DNA of 64,000 nt from Paragordius varius (GCA_964247055.1 OZ176050.1:9920001-9984000); one strand, 5' to 3'. Shown: positions 1 to 14,473, numbered from the stretch's first letter. Notes: generated by a model from the letters alone, not told the origin. Numbers and translations are program-made.

Positions 1-418
1 AAAATTATGTTTTTATCTCAAAAATAAAACTCTTTAATTAAATAAAATAACCAAAAATTTAGATTTTAATTCTAGGGATTTAAAAAAATTCTTTTTAGTT
101 TAGTCAAAAGGTTATAAACAAATTTAATAAATAACACTTGTATAAATAATATTATGCCAAAAAATAAACATATGAAACGTAAATGTTGTTTTATTGATAT
201 TAAGAGATTTGAAAAATTTCTTAGATTTTAATTGTTTTACAATAGTAAAAGTTTTAAATGGTATAATTTCTGACTACAAGCTTTCTGCTACGTAATGGGT
301 ATTAAAGTGTCCAAAAAAGAAACAATTGAAATTGATTTGATTGAAAAAATTAAACTTATAATAAAAACATTTATCTAGTATTTTTAATTATATATATTTT
401 ACATTATTTTTGTCGTAG

Positions 419-2739
419 GATCTAATTAATGATTTAAAAAGTGAATTATCCGGAAAATTTGAGGCTGTTATATTGGCATTGATGACTCCAACCTATCAAT
501 ATGACGCCGAATTATTGAGACGTTCTATTAAAGTTTAGTACTTAAAAAAATATTTTTTCTAATCTTTTAATATATGATTTTATGGTTAACCTAAAAGATA
601 TATATATATAATGTAGGGTTTAGGTACAGATGAAGATTTGTTGATAGAAATTTTGTGTAGTCGCAATCCCGCTGATATACGGCAGATTAAACAAGTCTAT
701 CAACAAAGTAATACTTTTTATACTTGTTAATTAAATTAGAAGTGTAAAAAATTAAACAATGACTATTTAAATAGAAAAAATTTAAAGAATAAGTTGCAAA
801 ATTATACTAGAGCGGCATGAAACTTTTTTCATATGATTTTTTTGTAAATGTTTTTAAGTTCAAAAAACATATTTTTTCTTTTTATTTTTTGTTTATATGC
901 CAAGTTTATTTCGTATGTTGTGTAGTTTTTTCATAATATTATGCATATAAATTTAATTTATATTAGTTAATTAACAAATTTTTTATAATTCTAACTTGAT
1001 TAGTGTACAACCGTGACTTGGAAAAGGATATTATAAATGACACATCCGGTCATTTTCGACGTTTGCTTGTTTCATTAGCCACGGTATAACCAATTTCTTA
1101 TTCATATAATAATAATTTAATAATATTGCTATTTTATCTTATATAATTGATACAATAAATAATTTATACCATACGGTTTTCATACAATAATATTAATAAT
1201 ATTTTTTTTATTGCATTAGGGAATGCGTGACGAAAATAATAATGTGGATATGGGATTGGCGAAGCGAGATGCAGAGGTAAATAATTTTAATGATAATTTA
1301 TAATTTTAAGGCGCTTACGTATTAATAACCTTGTCATTTACACATATTACTTATCAATCCATAGGGTTGACTATTTGAATGGTTAAAATTAAAACGTATA
1401 TGACTGCATGAATGTGCAGTCATTAATCAAATTTGCAACAATATAAATATATTTTATAACTAAATAAAGTTCAAATACATTATTAACAATAAACCAGGCT
1501 TTGATTTTAAATCTCTTTTTTTATCATATTGAAAAATTTACTATCATTATTCGAACCCAACACCATTAATATATTACTAACCCCGCTTAAAAGTAAGATA
1601 CTTAAAATGGCGGATATATGGATATATATTGTTTAGGCACTTATTCAGGCTGGCGTAAAGAAAATAGGGACGGACGAAAGTACTTTTAATGCCGTTCTCG
1701 CTTCACGCAGTTTCCCTCAACTGCGAGCCACTATCGATACATACAGACAATTGACGGGCCATACGCTAGAACAAGCTATTAGAAGCGAAATGTCTGGAGA
1801 TTTGGCCGCAGGAATGATTGCAGTTGGTAAGTTTAATTTTTAGCGCTTTTATATTACGATGTACATATTTGCGAAAAATTAATTTACAATATTCAAGTTA
1901 GTTTTTTATAAATGTTTTTGAGTGGCTAAAATGTTGATAATTTTAGTTATACATATATGCGACGAATGTTATTGAAAAACTAAACAAATCTCAATTGCAT
2001 GATAAAAGTATTTAAATTTTTAACAATGTGATGTTTAGTATGGGTAAATTTGATATTATTTAAAAAAAACATATAAAAACCCTTGTTAAAGATAAAAATA
2101 TTGAATCGTATCATATATTTAGCTAAATGTGCTTATTACCGCCCAGCCTATTTTGCTGAACGCCTCTATTTTTCTATGAAGGTAATACATGGTTTTATCC
2201 TATTTTAAATTATATGGTTCATTTAACATATATATATAAACCAAAAAATATCTAATTCTTTAGGGGATGGGTACCAATGATGATATGCTTATCCGGACAG
2301 TGGTTACAAGATGTGAGGTGGATATGTCTCTCATTAGAAGTGAATTTCAACGAATGTATGGCAAATCATTGGAATCATTTATTGCGGTATTTATCTCACA
2401 TTCATATGTTTAAAAACTTAAGCAAAATTTTTTTGGGTAAAACAACAGTTGAAAATTTGAGTAACTCTTAGGCAAACAATGTATTTTTTTGTGGGGGCAA
2501 GTAATATTTTTTAAAATTTTCATTACATCAATTGTAATGGTACCATTTAAGGAATATATATATATATATATATATATAATACATATAATATCGAAGATAA
2601 TTTTTTATGGCCATATCTTTTATTAAGTTCTTTTTTCTATAAAAAATCTTATTTATACAAATATTCATTCTTATTTTAGGGCGACTGTTCGGGTGATTAC
2701 AAAAATGTGCTTATATCTCTAGTCCAAGGAAACTTTTGA
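419..2739 (+). CDS. Annexin, 3' part (5' exons lie upstream of the window); 8 exons
   Basis: GT-AG exons 419-532, 617-707, 1004-1083, 1220-1276, 1637-1826, 2123-2181, 2264-2386, 2680-2739 join in frame. They give annexin repeat motifs [66 protein letters not shown] and [13 protein letters not shown]-stop. Confidence 0.95.
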
Positions 2740-2929
2740 GGATAAAATTAGTCATAACTAATACTTAATTGCTATCATAATTTATGTTATTTACATTTAT
2801 ATTTTTTTGAAAATCCACTGATATTTATAGTAAATCACCATGCCAAACATTATTCCATTTAATTTTGTAAATTTTAGTATATGCCTTTTTATTAATTTAT
2901 ATTTATTTAGATTAGACAAATCATATGAA

Positions 2930-2941
2930 AATAAATTTATT
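2930..2941. terminator. Candidate bidirectional poly(A) signal AATAAATTTATT between the convergent annexin and RAE1 genes
   Basis: Perfect palindrome carrying AATAAA on both strands, lying between the annexin stop (2739) and the RAE1 stop (2974). Confidence 0.4.
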
Positions 2942-2973
2942 TATCCGAAATATAAATATAATCTGATTAATCA

Positions 2974-5900
2974 TTATTTTTTCTTGGGTTTCATTTCTTC
3001 AAATGCTGGATGCATGTATATAGCAGACTTCTTTTCTGGCTTATTAAATTCATGTCCCTAAAAATTAAATATAAAATCTCTATATAATCTATCGTAACGA
3101 TCATATTAGTTATTTGTATTTTCCCAATGTTAAAGTAAATTAGCCAACACAACAATTTTAATAAAATTATAAATTTTTATCACATATTTTAATTGATTTA
3201 TGTGATTTTAAAAACGTTATCCAAACGGTGAATAAAATTATAGTTTATATGTTATGATGAAAAATCTGTAATTTATACCAACAAATCCCAAAATAGAATA
3301 CAATAAACATATATCCAATAAATATTTGTGGCTTTTTTTATCCACTTAAAGCTTCTTAAGTCTCCATATATTCGACAAATTCCTAAAACTATTAATGCAA
3401 ACTATATAATTGATTCCCATAAAATACATAAAAAAAACTATTGAAACAATATCCCAATCAATCTTAATACAATAAAACATTTTTCCAGTTAATCTAGACA
3501 TATTCTCAGCCAATCTTTTCCTTTTCAATTTAATACAAATATGATATCGTTTCGATTAATTGGAAAAACGTTTGGATTGACTGGGAAAATGTTTTTAACA
3601 AAAAAAACTTTTTAGGACTGCGAAAAAGGAGTATATAGTATAAAATCAACCTTTGACCAATCATAACCCGTGGCATATGCAAAGATATGACCAGAGGGAT
3701 TAAAACAGCAACTCGTTATTGGTTCTGCAGGGTTGGCGTCCCCAGTTTTAAGTTTGGTTCGTGAATCTTTGTCCCAAAAATTGTATTTCCCATCACTACC
3801 CACAGTAACTAACGTATTATGAACCGGATGAAAGGCTATATCATTTACCTATATATGAAAAAAATTTAATTTTTTTAGGGTAAACGAATTGAGTAATCGC
3901 ATGAGGAAAACTAACTATATGTATATATTTCTAAAATGTATTAAGCGACATATTTTAAGAAAAAAATTGTCTTCATAAAATAAATTTAAATTTTAAGTTC
4001 TAGAAAAATTGTTAAAACACTTGGATGCAACATATTCATTTCAGTCATTTAATTCAAATTGGTTCTTTGGGGACCCCAGGCCTGATTAACAGTAAATATT
4101 TCTAAAAATATGGAACTCGCCAAAGTTTGTAATTATATAACAGAATTAATCTAACACAAAAAATGTTTTAAAATAAAAATGGTGTAAGTTGTTTGATATG
4201 GAACTTTTTTTAAAAAATTTTTTTTATTTGGTTAAAGCATAAATTTAATTTGGAATCGCTTCGTTTTGGAGTTTATTAAAAATATCTATATATAATCTGG
4301 GGTCGCTAAATACCCCAATTAAAATTGAAGTGTTAAAAGAACAATCTAAAAATTACAGATGTAATATTTTTAACAAAACAAGAGCGGACTAAAATTAAAT
4401 TCGTAAATAAAAAAAATCACCCTTATGTATATATCATATTTCGTGCACCGTAATTAATATATATATTTTAATGAAAAAAAACAAAAATTTACTGGAAAAA
4501 CATCTTGAACACCATTTACCAGTTCAGTGGATCGATGACATTTGAAGGTAAAATTATCTTTGGAATTGGTTGTATTCAATACATTTATACTGCAGCGGCC
4601 TAATAAAAAGGTTTTTACATCAAATACTAAAAAAACGTAAAAATAAATACCATAAACTAAAAAAAATATTTTTTATAAAGACACCTATACCCTTTAAAAC
4701 TTTGATTTTTTCTATATAACTAAATTAATCACAGCTATATAATATATGATAGATTGTGTTATTAATTTAAATATTATTCAATATTTGGCAACTCAAAACG
4801 GTGAGATAGTTAATAAAATTAAGGTAAATATGGTTCGTTATTAATATATTGGTCTTGAATTTATATTATCTCCTTATAAATTCGATTTTTACTAAATTAG
4901 TTTTTCCACATAAATAACTTTACAAAAGTGTTAATTTATTTAAATATTCTAAAAAAAATTATCAACCTTCAATGGAACCAATAGCAAACCCAGCCGGTGG
5001 ATTAGAGGCCACTGATTTATCATGGAAGATTGAAACGGATCGTAACTAAAACACGCATAGAAACAATCAATAATTAATTTTGTAAGAAAAGGTATGATTA
5101 ATATTATTATTATTATATACTTGATATTTAAGGGTACATTCTACTTTTCTTATTTCACGCGGAGTTCCTTCAAGAGAAAATAATACAATATTTTTGTTAG
5201 CCGTACCCACCACCGCGACTGGATAAACCTATTATATAAACATGGGCAAAATCAAAAAATTCATAATATTTTCAATTCAATTACGGTATAATCAATACAT
5301 CGTAGATTAAAAATATTTTATAAAGATTAAAATTATTTCTCAATAAAGTTTATACATTAATCCATTTTATATTTACCAGACCCCTATTTATTTTTCATTT
5401 GTAATTAATAATATTACCAATTGTTTTTTGCTTTTACTATTTTATAGCCAAGTATTTAAAATATATTAAGTATAAAGATGAAAATACCGCATCTGCGCAA
5501 TAACATCGTTCAGGTAACTGGAGGGTAATCATAGGATTTGGTGACCTCATATCCCAAAACTAAATATATAATGGGCATTTCATAAAAACAAGTAAAAATT
5601 AAAATCAATTATTAAATAAAATTTTGTTGAATCATCAATGTTTTTGAGTTAATTAAACGGGATAAGGAAATAAAAGATTACAACATTGGGATATATATGA
5701 TTCAGTTGGAATAAATTATTTTTTAATTTTTTTAGCAATATTGTTGGTTAATAAACCTTGAAATGCATAGAATTAATATAACTAAATTGTACTTTTAAGG
5801 TTTTATCCCAACTCCCGGTTAATATAGAAGTGTAATTGAGAGCTTTTACGTAGTGTACAATTTTAATAGGCGCATCATGCTATAACAACAATAATAAATT

Positions 5901-8900
5901 ATCAAAAATAGTATTAAATTTAAAAAAATTGATAAAATATCTCAGGGATATTTGTGCAGCTCGCGGAAAATTTAGAAAATTATCTCAAATACAGAGTTTC
6001 ATAATTTTCAAAAAAAATGCTATTTTCAAAATCTGAAAAATTTATTCTTCCCAAATTTTAGCAACAAACTAGTGAACTTTGGTTAAATAAATAGTATTTG
6101 TGTATGTAATTTTACAGTCTTATGTTTAACTCTCCAATACCTTTTCGGGTAGTTTTATATCCCATAGAGATTCTAATTCGAATATCTTAAAAAATATTTG
6201 AGCTATTAAGCTGCGTTTAAAAATATGCTTTCTTTAGTTTTTAGGTGCATTATGCAAACAAATTTTTTTAAAACATATAAAATTGTAAAAAAATCCTCAT
6301 ATCAAACTTTTTGCCGCCATTTTTTTCTCGCTAATGCCACAGGGAAATTAATGCATATTATGGTATGAAAAGGTAAATAATTAATTTTTTAAAGCTTTCA
6401 GGCTATATTTTACCAGCAAAAACTTGATATATTTTGATTTTAGATCAGCTGTCCATGTCAATCGTATTTTGGAGTTATCCTAATGTTAGAGTCTATAGGT
6501 CACAAAACTGTAATCAATATAAGTTTCATTTTTATATAATACATAAAAACAATGTTGGATAAAATTTTAGCTAAAATGAGTTTCAAAACTGTAGTTGATT
6601 TACAAAATTGATATCTGGGATATAAGACTACCTTAAAGGGTAAACTAGGGCAAAAGATAAGGTAATGAAGTGTTAAATCAAATAAAATCTATGTACATGT
6701 ATTTATTAATTGCAGCCCGCCGGTTGCTTTAAGTCAAAAATATGGCCCGCAAAGCAAATTTTGGCAGTATGATTTAATTAAATAATTATAATTTTGTAAA
6801 TGACTTATCAAGTGCCGCAAAAATTCATCAAAGATCTCATAAAAATAATTCAAAAGTTAAAAAGACTATTTCAATTAAATCTTTTAATTGGTGCAAAAAA
6901 ATTTAATTAACCTGTGCAATTTGAACTACTTGATTTGATGCCAAATCCCACATACGAGATGTTTTGTCGCAACCAGCAGTAAATATTTTTGTTCCATCCT
7001 ATAATTATATTATCATAATTGATAGTACTTCACTCCAACATGCAGACAATATTGGAGCATCTAATTTTTGCATTGCTTTTGGGACACATGCTCCAGTACT
7101 TTGAACCTCCCACACGCGCACCTAAAAGTATAATAAATTGATTAATACTAATGTAGTATATGGAAAATCGTGTGCCTTTTAAATATGAGAAGAACACACC
7201 AGAACCATGGAATACATTTTATATTTTTATACTTTAGGAATATGGATGATTCTTTATTTGTTAGAGTGCAATCTAAAGAGGCTTATTACCCTAATGAAGT
7301 TTTACGGTACTCGGAAATGAATTCTTTTTTAATAAAAGTTGAGTCACCCGTATAACTTCAGTTGTTTAGGGGAACAGTACCTATGCCACAGGAAAATCAA
7401 AGATAAGTACCTTTTTTACTAACTTATTTATTTAATAATCTTTTAACCATATATTCTTATAATTATTTGGGTTATCGTCTGCTCGGTTAAATTATTATTT
7501 TTTGTCGTTAACGTTTCATTTAATTAAAACTATTGTCGCTTATCAACAACTCAATTACACTGGACAACAAATTTTTCTGCCACTCGAGCTTTTTGCATTT
7601 TCTGATATTTAGTATCATTTTAAAGTAAATATGAAATAAAAATTATAACTCGATGGAAGAATTTCGTATAATTTGATTTTTTGATTATGCGCCCTCTTTA
7701 TCAAAATTTTACTAAAAAATGTTTTTCTTTGAAAATATACAAGTAATGCCCATTTGTAATATATCATTAGAAAGAGTAATAAAAACTCTATAAAATGCAT
7801 ACTAATATGTATTACATCGACAGTTAATATTGGGCACAAAGAGCGACAAACGCGCGAAGCAAGAGCATTTTTTTTAATTATTATATTTTTAAAACTAATG
7901 GATGAAAATAGCTCAAACTTTGTTTAGATGGTGATGAATGTCCAAAAAAGATAACACAAGAAAGTTTTTTTGATTAAAACATTTTTTATTGCTTTTATGT
8001 CACTCAAAACAGCCATTTTTAAGTTTTTTGTTTTTTAAAAATTACCATCTCATCAATATTAATTTTACGAGGCTGATAATTTGGGAATTTTGAAGATAAA
8101 AACGAAGTCTAAGGTATTTTTGATTTTTTATAGCCATTATGTAATAAATTTACAGTTATAACTATATATTTTAGTATCCACTAAGTAAAATATTTATGAT
8201 AATAATAATTTTTATTGAAAAAGCAAACCAAAAGCTTTTTCAAACATTTTTTTTAAATTTAATACTAAAATAACCCTAATAATTATAATAAAATAATTTA
8301 TATAATTTTCAAATTAGTTTGTCAGTAAAAATTCTTGACTTATTTAAGGATTGAAAATTTCGACCAGTTAAATCCAAATAATTTTTACATACGATTGATT
8401 TAAATGACTTACTACCATTTAAAAGATGCAGTTTTTTGCGCTCTTTCGAATGATATAAAATACATGGCATCATATCTAAAACTTTTAATTTTCGAATTTT
8501 CGAGTTTAATGTTAAATCGGGGCCAATTATCGATAAACTCTAATATAAAAAAATTCTTGCATGCTAGACCAATTTTCTTTTCAGATATACTAATTATCTA
8601 CTTTAATGAAATAAATTTTAAATTTACAAGAATGGCAGTTAAAAAAAGTTAAAATTTGTTGTCTAGTGTTATCAAACCTCTGTTGCAAAAATCAAACAAT
8701 AATGTCCTTTCCAAAACGCAGGTTATGTACGTTTTTTTAATTCCCTTTTTTCTAATCAAATTTAATAACACTAATTACAGTAAAAAATTAATCATAATAT
8801 TATTTTATATACAAATATTTGCAATCATAAAAATTTTATTAGAAAAAGTTTTTTTCCCAATACTTATATAGATCACGGTACTCTAACAATTGGTTCACCA

Positions 8901-9266
8901 GTTGTACGAAGGGGTATACCCCGTGCCATTGTCATTGTAGTATATGGATTACATGAACGCAAACAGGAAGCATGATAAATATGATAACTTAAATTTTAAA
9001 ATGTGAGCAAAATAAATTATTAAAACCGTTTGATCCCAGCTCGATGCCAACATGTAATTTACAGAGCTCCCTGGGCCCCCTGGACTAACAAATCTTAAAG
9101 CTGTCACAGTATCATCAGGTGGTTGCGGAACTTCCATGTCTTTAGCCGCATTTTGCGATAAATTAGAAGATCCTGAAGGAGGTGGTAGTGGTATTGCTGC
9201 TTGTTGTCCAAACGTAGAACCAAAGGGAGTAGAACTTGAAAATTGCTGAGACCCAAATATAGCCAT
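2974..9266 (-). CDS. RAE1: mRNA export factor Rae1/Gle2 (WD40); 10 exons
   Basis: Exons 9027-9266, 7029-7121, 6912-6998, 5793-5879, 5488-5559, 5121-5228, 4967-5045, 4493-4599, 3651-3848, 2974-3057. Motifs [74 protein letters not shown] and [13 protein letters not shown]. Intron 2 is 30 nt. Confidence 0.96.
7558..8668. mobile_element. Non-autonomous Chapaev3-type DNA element in RAE1 intron 1
   Basis: Inverted termini CACTGGACAACAAATTTT and (reverse complement) CACTAGACAACAAATTTT, with TTA duplication at 7555-7557 and 8669-8671. The termini resemble the element at 16636 (CACTGTGCAACAAATTTT). No transposase ORF. Confidence 0.8.
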
Positions 9267-9589
9267 GACTTAAAATTTAAAAATAATTAATGTGAACCAT
9301 ATGATTCAATATAAATGTATTGATGGATTTTGGAATATATATTAATGTGTAATTACAAAAAATCCACATTACAAATTCTGGTTCCAAAATTTTGAATTTT
9401 TTTTAAAATTGATGTTTTTTTTAGTTTTTGCATACGATTCCATTTTAAAACATTTCGTATCCCAAAGCTTTTTTAAAAATACTGTTTTAAAAGTTGCAGC
9501 TTTAATATAATTATTAAGCATTTAAATCCTATATTAGTTAAAATATATTATATATTTTACAGTTTTCTAACTAAGAGTCCAAAATTAGG

Positions 9590-10331
9590 ATGTGCTCGAA
9601 ACCCAATGCGTAACGACTTTCCCGTAGTTCATATTGTTTGCGATCTCGGGTCCTCCGACGAACTGGCTTTCTTGATAGAATCATTTCCAAACAAAATTTA
9701 TCCCTTGAATTACTCATCGACGAAGCAAACATAACCCATCTAAATCTAATTACCTAATGTTCAGTTACCATTAACACACTTTGTCTCCTCTATCGGCTTA
9801 ACCGATTATGCAAATATTTAGGATCCATCATCCAGCTGGGTTGACGGCAGTTCGGATCCAGAGATCCAAGCGCGACTTGGATAAGGATGCGCAACCATGG
9901 GAAAAATGTCCAGAAGACTTTCAACCAAACTTGCTATTTTAAAGGCAATAGTTTAGTTGTTCATAGTTATGAATCATGAATATGTAAACCCATTAATAGA
10001 ATTAGTTCATTTATGTGGTGCCTTCGGATCGCACAAAATTATTAACTTTATCAAACCCAAATTCTTTTTTTTTAATTTCAAAATCTACAAACAATTAGAA
10101 TATCATGGTATTCTACTATCCGGTCTCCTTGTAAAAAAAACATTATCCTCGGAATGGAGGCATAAGTGGCCGCCCAAATAAGCGGTGGTTTGGTATTCCC
10201 AAAAGAGTTACAAACATTTCCCGACCCCATATAATTCTGAGGTCACGAGATCATATGAACCGGAAAACGCTGTCTATGAAAAAGCTAAAATTCGCCACGC
10301 GACAAGCTTAAAACACACACGCGCACACACC
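9590..10331 (+). pseudogene. Decayed RTE-like non-LTR retrotransposon (LINE), 3' fragment
   Basis: Frameshifted RT C-terminal motifs KYLGSII, DPEIQARLG*..TMGKM..STKLAILKAIV, FMWCLRI and GRPNKRW, ending in an ACAC/GC-type repeat tail. Confidence 0.7.
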
Positions 10332-11251
10332 ACAATATACATTCATTTTCTTGTTGTTTTAAAAAAACTATTGGCAAAAAACAATGGAGGAGGATTTTTC
10401 CAATTTATATAATCATCCGCTTAAAAAATAAAGAAAGCATATTTGAAATTTAGCTTGAATTTATAACTTTGGGATACAAAACTATCCCCAAAATGTAAAA
10501 AGTCTAAAAAAGCCAAAGAAAAGAATGGCGCGGAAAAGTTTATTAGAAATTTTCAATCATTCGCCTTCAAGGCTAAAAAATGCATATTTTAAATTTGAGA
10601 TGGTAAATTAAACTTTTTCACCAAATTATATAAAAAAGATTTTTTTGCATTTAAAAAGAAATCTATGTAACAAATAGAATGTATTTTAGTATTATTCTTA
10701 AATTTTAGAAAAAAAACATATTTAAAAAATATATAAAATCAACGAATACTAAACATAAATTAACCGGCTATTTTTCCCAAAATGTACCATACTCCTTGTT
10801 TTAAAAACTCTTGGGTATCTCATCTAAAACAAAAATTAAAAACGACGTTTTGGCCAATATTTTGACACATGGCATATGTTATTAGTAACAATGTTTTGAA
10901 GTATTCAACGTGTGGACCCATTTATCCAATAATAGCCATTAATATTTTATGGCGCTAAGTACAGTGAATTTATTGTTTAAAATTAGGTTTAGTCCATACT
11001 CTGTAAAATTATTTTTTAGAGACCCATAAATCGCGATTTTCAAGCGATTTTTTGGCGTAGACCGATATGGATTTCTTTAAATTTCATTTATATACGTATA
11101 GCTATTATCATGCACTTTCTTAAATTAGCCCATGGGTATTTAGCTTAAAGAATTAGAGTTACACTATTATAGGTGATATCTGTAACTAAATGGCTTAAGG
11201 GGTATTATACATGTCAAACACCATGTATGAGACTTTTATTGCTTTCTAATT

Positions 11252-11282
<31 letters not shown>

Positions 11283-11961
11283 GTCAATGATATCCTAACT
11301 CATTATGTAGGTAATAAAAATAATGAATAAGGTTTGTGTAAAATAGCGCAAAAGATTAAATAAATGATAAACACGAGGTTTAACATGAAAATATGCATGA
11401 TTGCTTAAATAGAAAATAGTTATTTAATTATACCCTTTTATTTTAGCTTAAATACAGATTCTTTAAAATATCATCCGCATTAATTTGTTTCAAAATAATA
11501 TATATTCGCGGACCTTTTCAACGATAAAATTAAAACTGAGTGCATTTTATTAGCCAAAATTTATTTACAGGAGCGTGCATTTATTTAAATTTGTTATAGA
11601 GAAGTGGTGCTCACCAAAATTTTTTAACGAGCAAAATTTTTTTTGTCTCACGGGCTGGACACATTGGCAGCTAAATAACATCAAAGATGTAAAAATAATT
11701 TAGGGCCATAAGGACTTTTATGGTGGCATGCTGCCCTTGGGCCATGGCTAGAATATCCCTGTTTTAGAGTTTGTTAGATACTGAATTAGGTTAATTGTAC
11801 TGGTTTAGAGCCTATTACACTGCTATTTTTCTGTTTAAGCTAGATGTCCATTGTATGTCATAATATGGGTTCTAGTATTCTTTTTTACTACATATTAACA
11901 CTTAATATATAATTTAATTTTATATTTTTTTTCATATCCTTCCACCTCATCCATAATTCTA

Positions 11962-13807
11962 ATGGCAACTACGTTTCAGTATACGCCCGGTGACAATAGT
12001 AACCCTGCTATTAGTTTTAGAGTTGATTCCAATTGGGTTCAAAACAATAAATTAAAACGTTATTTTTCCGACATAACCAATTTCATTTCGACAAATTTCA
12101 ACTTTGATCAAAAATCTTGGGCAATTATATTTGCTATAGGTATGTCACCTTATTATTATTTTTGCAATTTGTTAAATAATAAGGGTATTTGTTAAAAAAA
12201 TACTATATAATAAAAAATCTTCATTCTGGCTTCATAATTTAGTATTTAGTTGCCAAACTCTATGTACTAACTACAGAAAAGCTAATTAAATTAATAAATC
12301 ATAATATTTATACAACTAAATAACTGACTCAGAGTGTCTGTAGATAAATAATATTAAAAAATTCTAACTATCATTTATCACAATTATTATAATATGGTTT
12401 TTACTTAGCCGTTTTTCACATGGTTAATGATTATTAGGTTTAGTGGGAATATCGCTTGCTTTCCTCCTAATTGGTTATGGTGCCATGTGTCTATCTGTCT
12501 TCTTTGGATTCATGTATCCCTTATATCTTTCGTGAGTGATTTATTTAAAAAAAAATTTTACATCCGCATTTTGCGTACGATTGCTTAGGCGTTAATATTG
12601 ATTTGAATATATTAACAAATTATTTTTTCCATGAATATATTTATTAAGGTATAAATAATGGGTGTTTGCTAGAAAAATGCAAAATTTTATATAATTGACT
12701 TATGCAAATTCACGTGCATCCCAATCTATCTCAATGATGTGAAGATTGAATTTAAATAGCTTGCTTATGTTTTCGTGAATATATAGCATTATTAGTGAAC
12801 TATATATAAAATTTAGCATTATTCAAATTTATTTATACGGTAGGCTCTATTAATTTTTGGTTTTTTGAGTTTATTCGTATGTGTGTGTATATATATAATG
12901 AAGTTATAAATATTCCTTATTTTAAAATATATATTTTAGCGGTACTCATTAGTATATAAAAATGCGATGTAAGAAATGTTTCAAATGTCCAGTTAATTAT
13001 AATAGAAATAGCTTTAAAACTTTGTAGGATTTCTTTGATTACTATTTTTGACCAAAACCTTGAAAATGTTGCATTATAATTTGTATATATATATTATATA
13101 TATATATATATACGGGTTCGTATCCATAAATTATTTTATAAAACAATTTATCTAGATTAAAAAATTTAATAATGTATTAGGCTTTTTACAATTCTTATTT
13201 TATTTTGTCAAGGCTTAATATATTGGAAGAAGGCAATAGTGAAGAGTATAAACCTTTACTCATCTATTGGACAGTCTATGCGTCGGTGAAAATGGTGGAT
13301 TGGATTACAGACATGGTCTTAGGAAGTTTCTTTTGGTATTGGATTGCAAAGGTTGTAAGTTTTTATCTTATGTTTTTGCTAGATATATGCAAAAATAATT
13401 TAACTAATTTTTTTTTTATGTTAATAAAATGCCACATGCTAATGCATAGTTTGATTTTGTTATAGAGTTTTAATTGTATTATCCAAACATTATATAAATT
13501 AATTAAATTTATTTTATTAGACACGGCGTAAAAAACACATTATACATATCCATTTTTTAATATAATTTGTGTCTTTGTTTGTTCACGTAACATTAGGCTT
13601 GTTTCCTGCTCTGGTGTGTTGGATATAGTCGAAAGTTCCCTGGAGCTTTGCGTTTGTACGAAGACGTACTCCAACCTTTTTACAAAGCTCATCACAGTTT
13701 GCTCAAAGAATTTGAGAAGACATGGGATTCAGTTATATCTAAAGTAAAAATAAACCAGCTACTGATTAATTATAGCTTATTAACCTCTTTGTGCTAAAAC
13801 TCATAAA
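11962..13807 (+). CDS. REEP5/6 (TB2/DP1/HVA22/Yop1) family ER-shaping protein; 3' end uncertain
   Basis: Exons 11962-12139, 12438-12531, 13213-13351, 13597-about 13743 or later. Motifs LIGYGA..FGFMYPLYLS, LLIYWTVYA, FWYWIAK-ACFLLWC, GALRLYEDVLQPF. Confidence 0.85.
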
Positions 13808-14473
13808 TACGGAACATAATAATGATATGTTTGGCAAAGTCCAAATATAGTTACAGTTGATCTAATTTTTCATTTTATAGTTTAATTAATGTATTTAGGT
13901 AAGACTTTTATGAATGTGGATACAATCGGGGTAGTTGACTAAACAAGCCCTATTTAGTATCATATGTTTTGAATGGGTCAAAAATATAGATAGCTTTAAA
14001 TGGTTTCATATGCCAATAGCAAAACTATGACCTGTTTATTTTTCTGCCTCTTTATTGTTTATAAAATATATAACAGTCTAAAATAAAATTAAGGACAAAT
14101 TATTAAACCATTTTCCTTTTTTAAGCTGTTAATGCATGAATAAAATATTAATGATGGAATCAACCCGGAAGCTTAAATTTATTTTAAATAGTAGTTTTTG
14201 CGCATACTTAAAAATTAGCCGTCAACCACCCTAATTATGTATCGAAGTGGAAAGGGTCTTTAAGGCCGAGTCTTAAACATTACTGTATTTAAACATAATT
14301 ATATATATATAACGAATCGAGAGCTATTATTGGCCATTTAGTTAATAGATTGGCTAAAAGTGGATTTAACTTACAAGTCTGTTGGCATCTGTTAAATTTT
14401 AATATTTATTGGTTATAACAAAACTAATCCTAACATTTTTATTGCAAATAGGCGCCACCGTATTTTTTTTTTA

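Noticed and set aside
9780-9935. Minus-strand GAAAGTCTTCTGGAC resembling the RNase MRP/P CR-I motif
   Set aside because: No matching CR-V or P4 partner was seen, and the plus strand is explained by degenerate LINE RT motifs.
13744-13952. 15-nt or 32-nt terminal intron, or a separate last exon, in the REEP gene
   Set aside because: The C-terminus is not conserved, so read-through and several splice options cannot be distinguished. It was not counted as a micro-intron.
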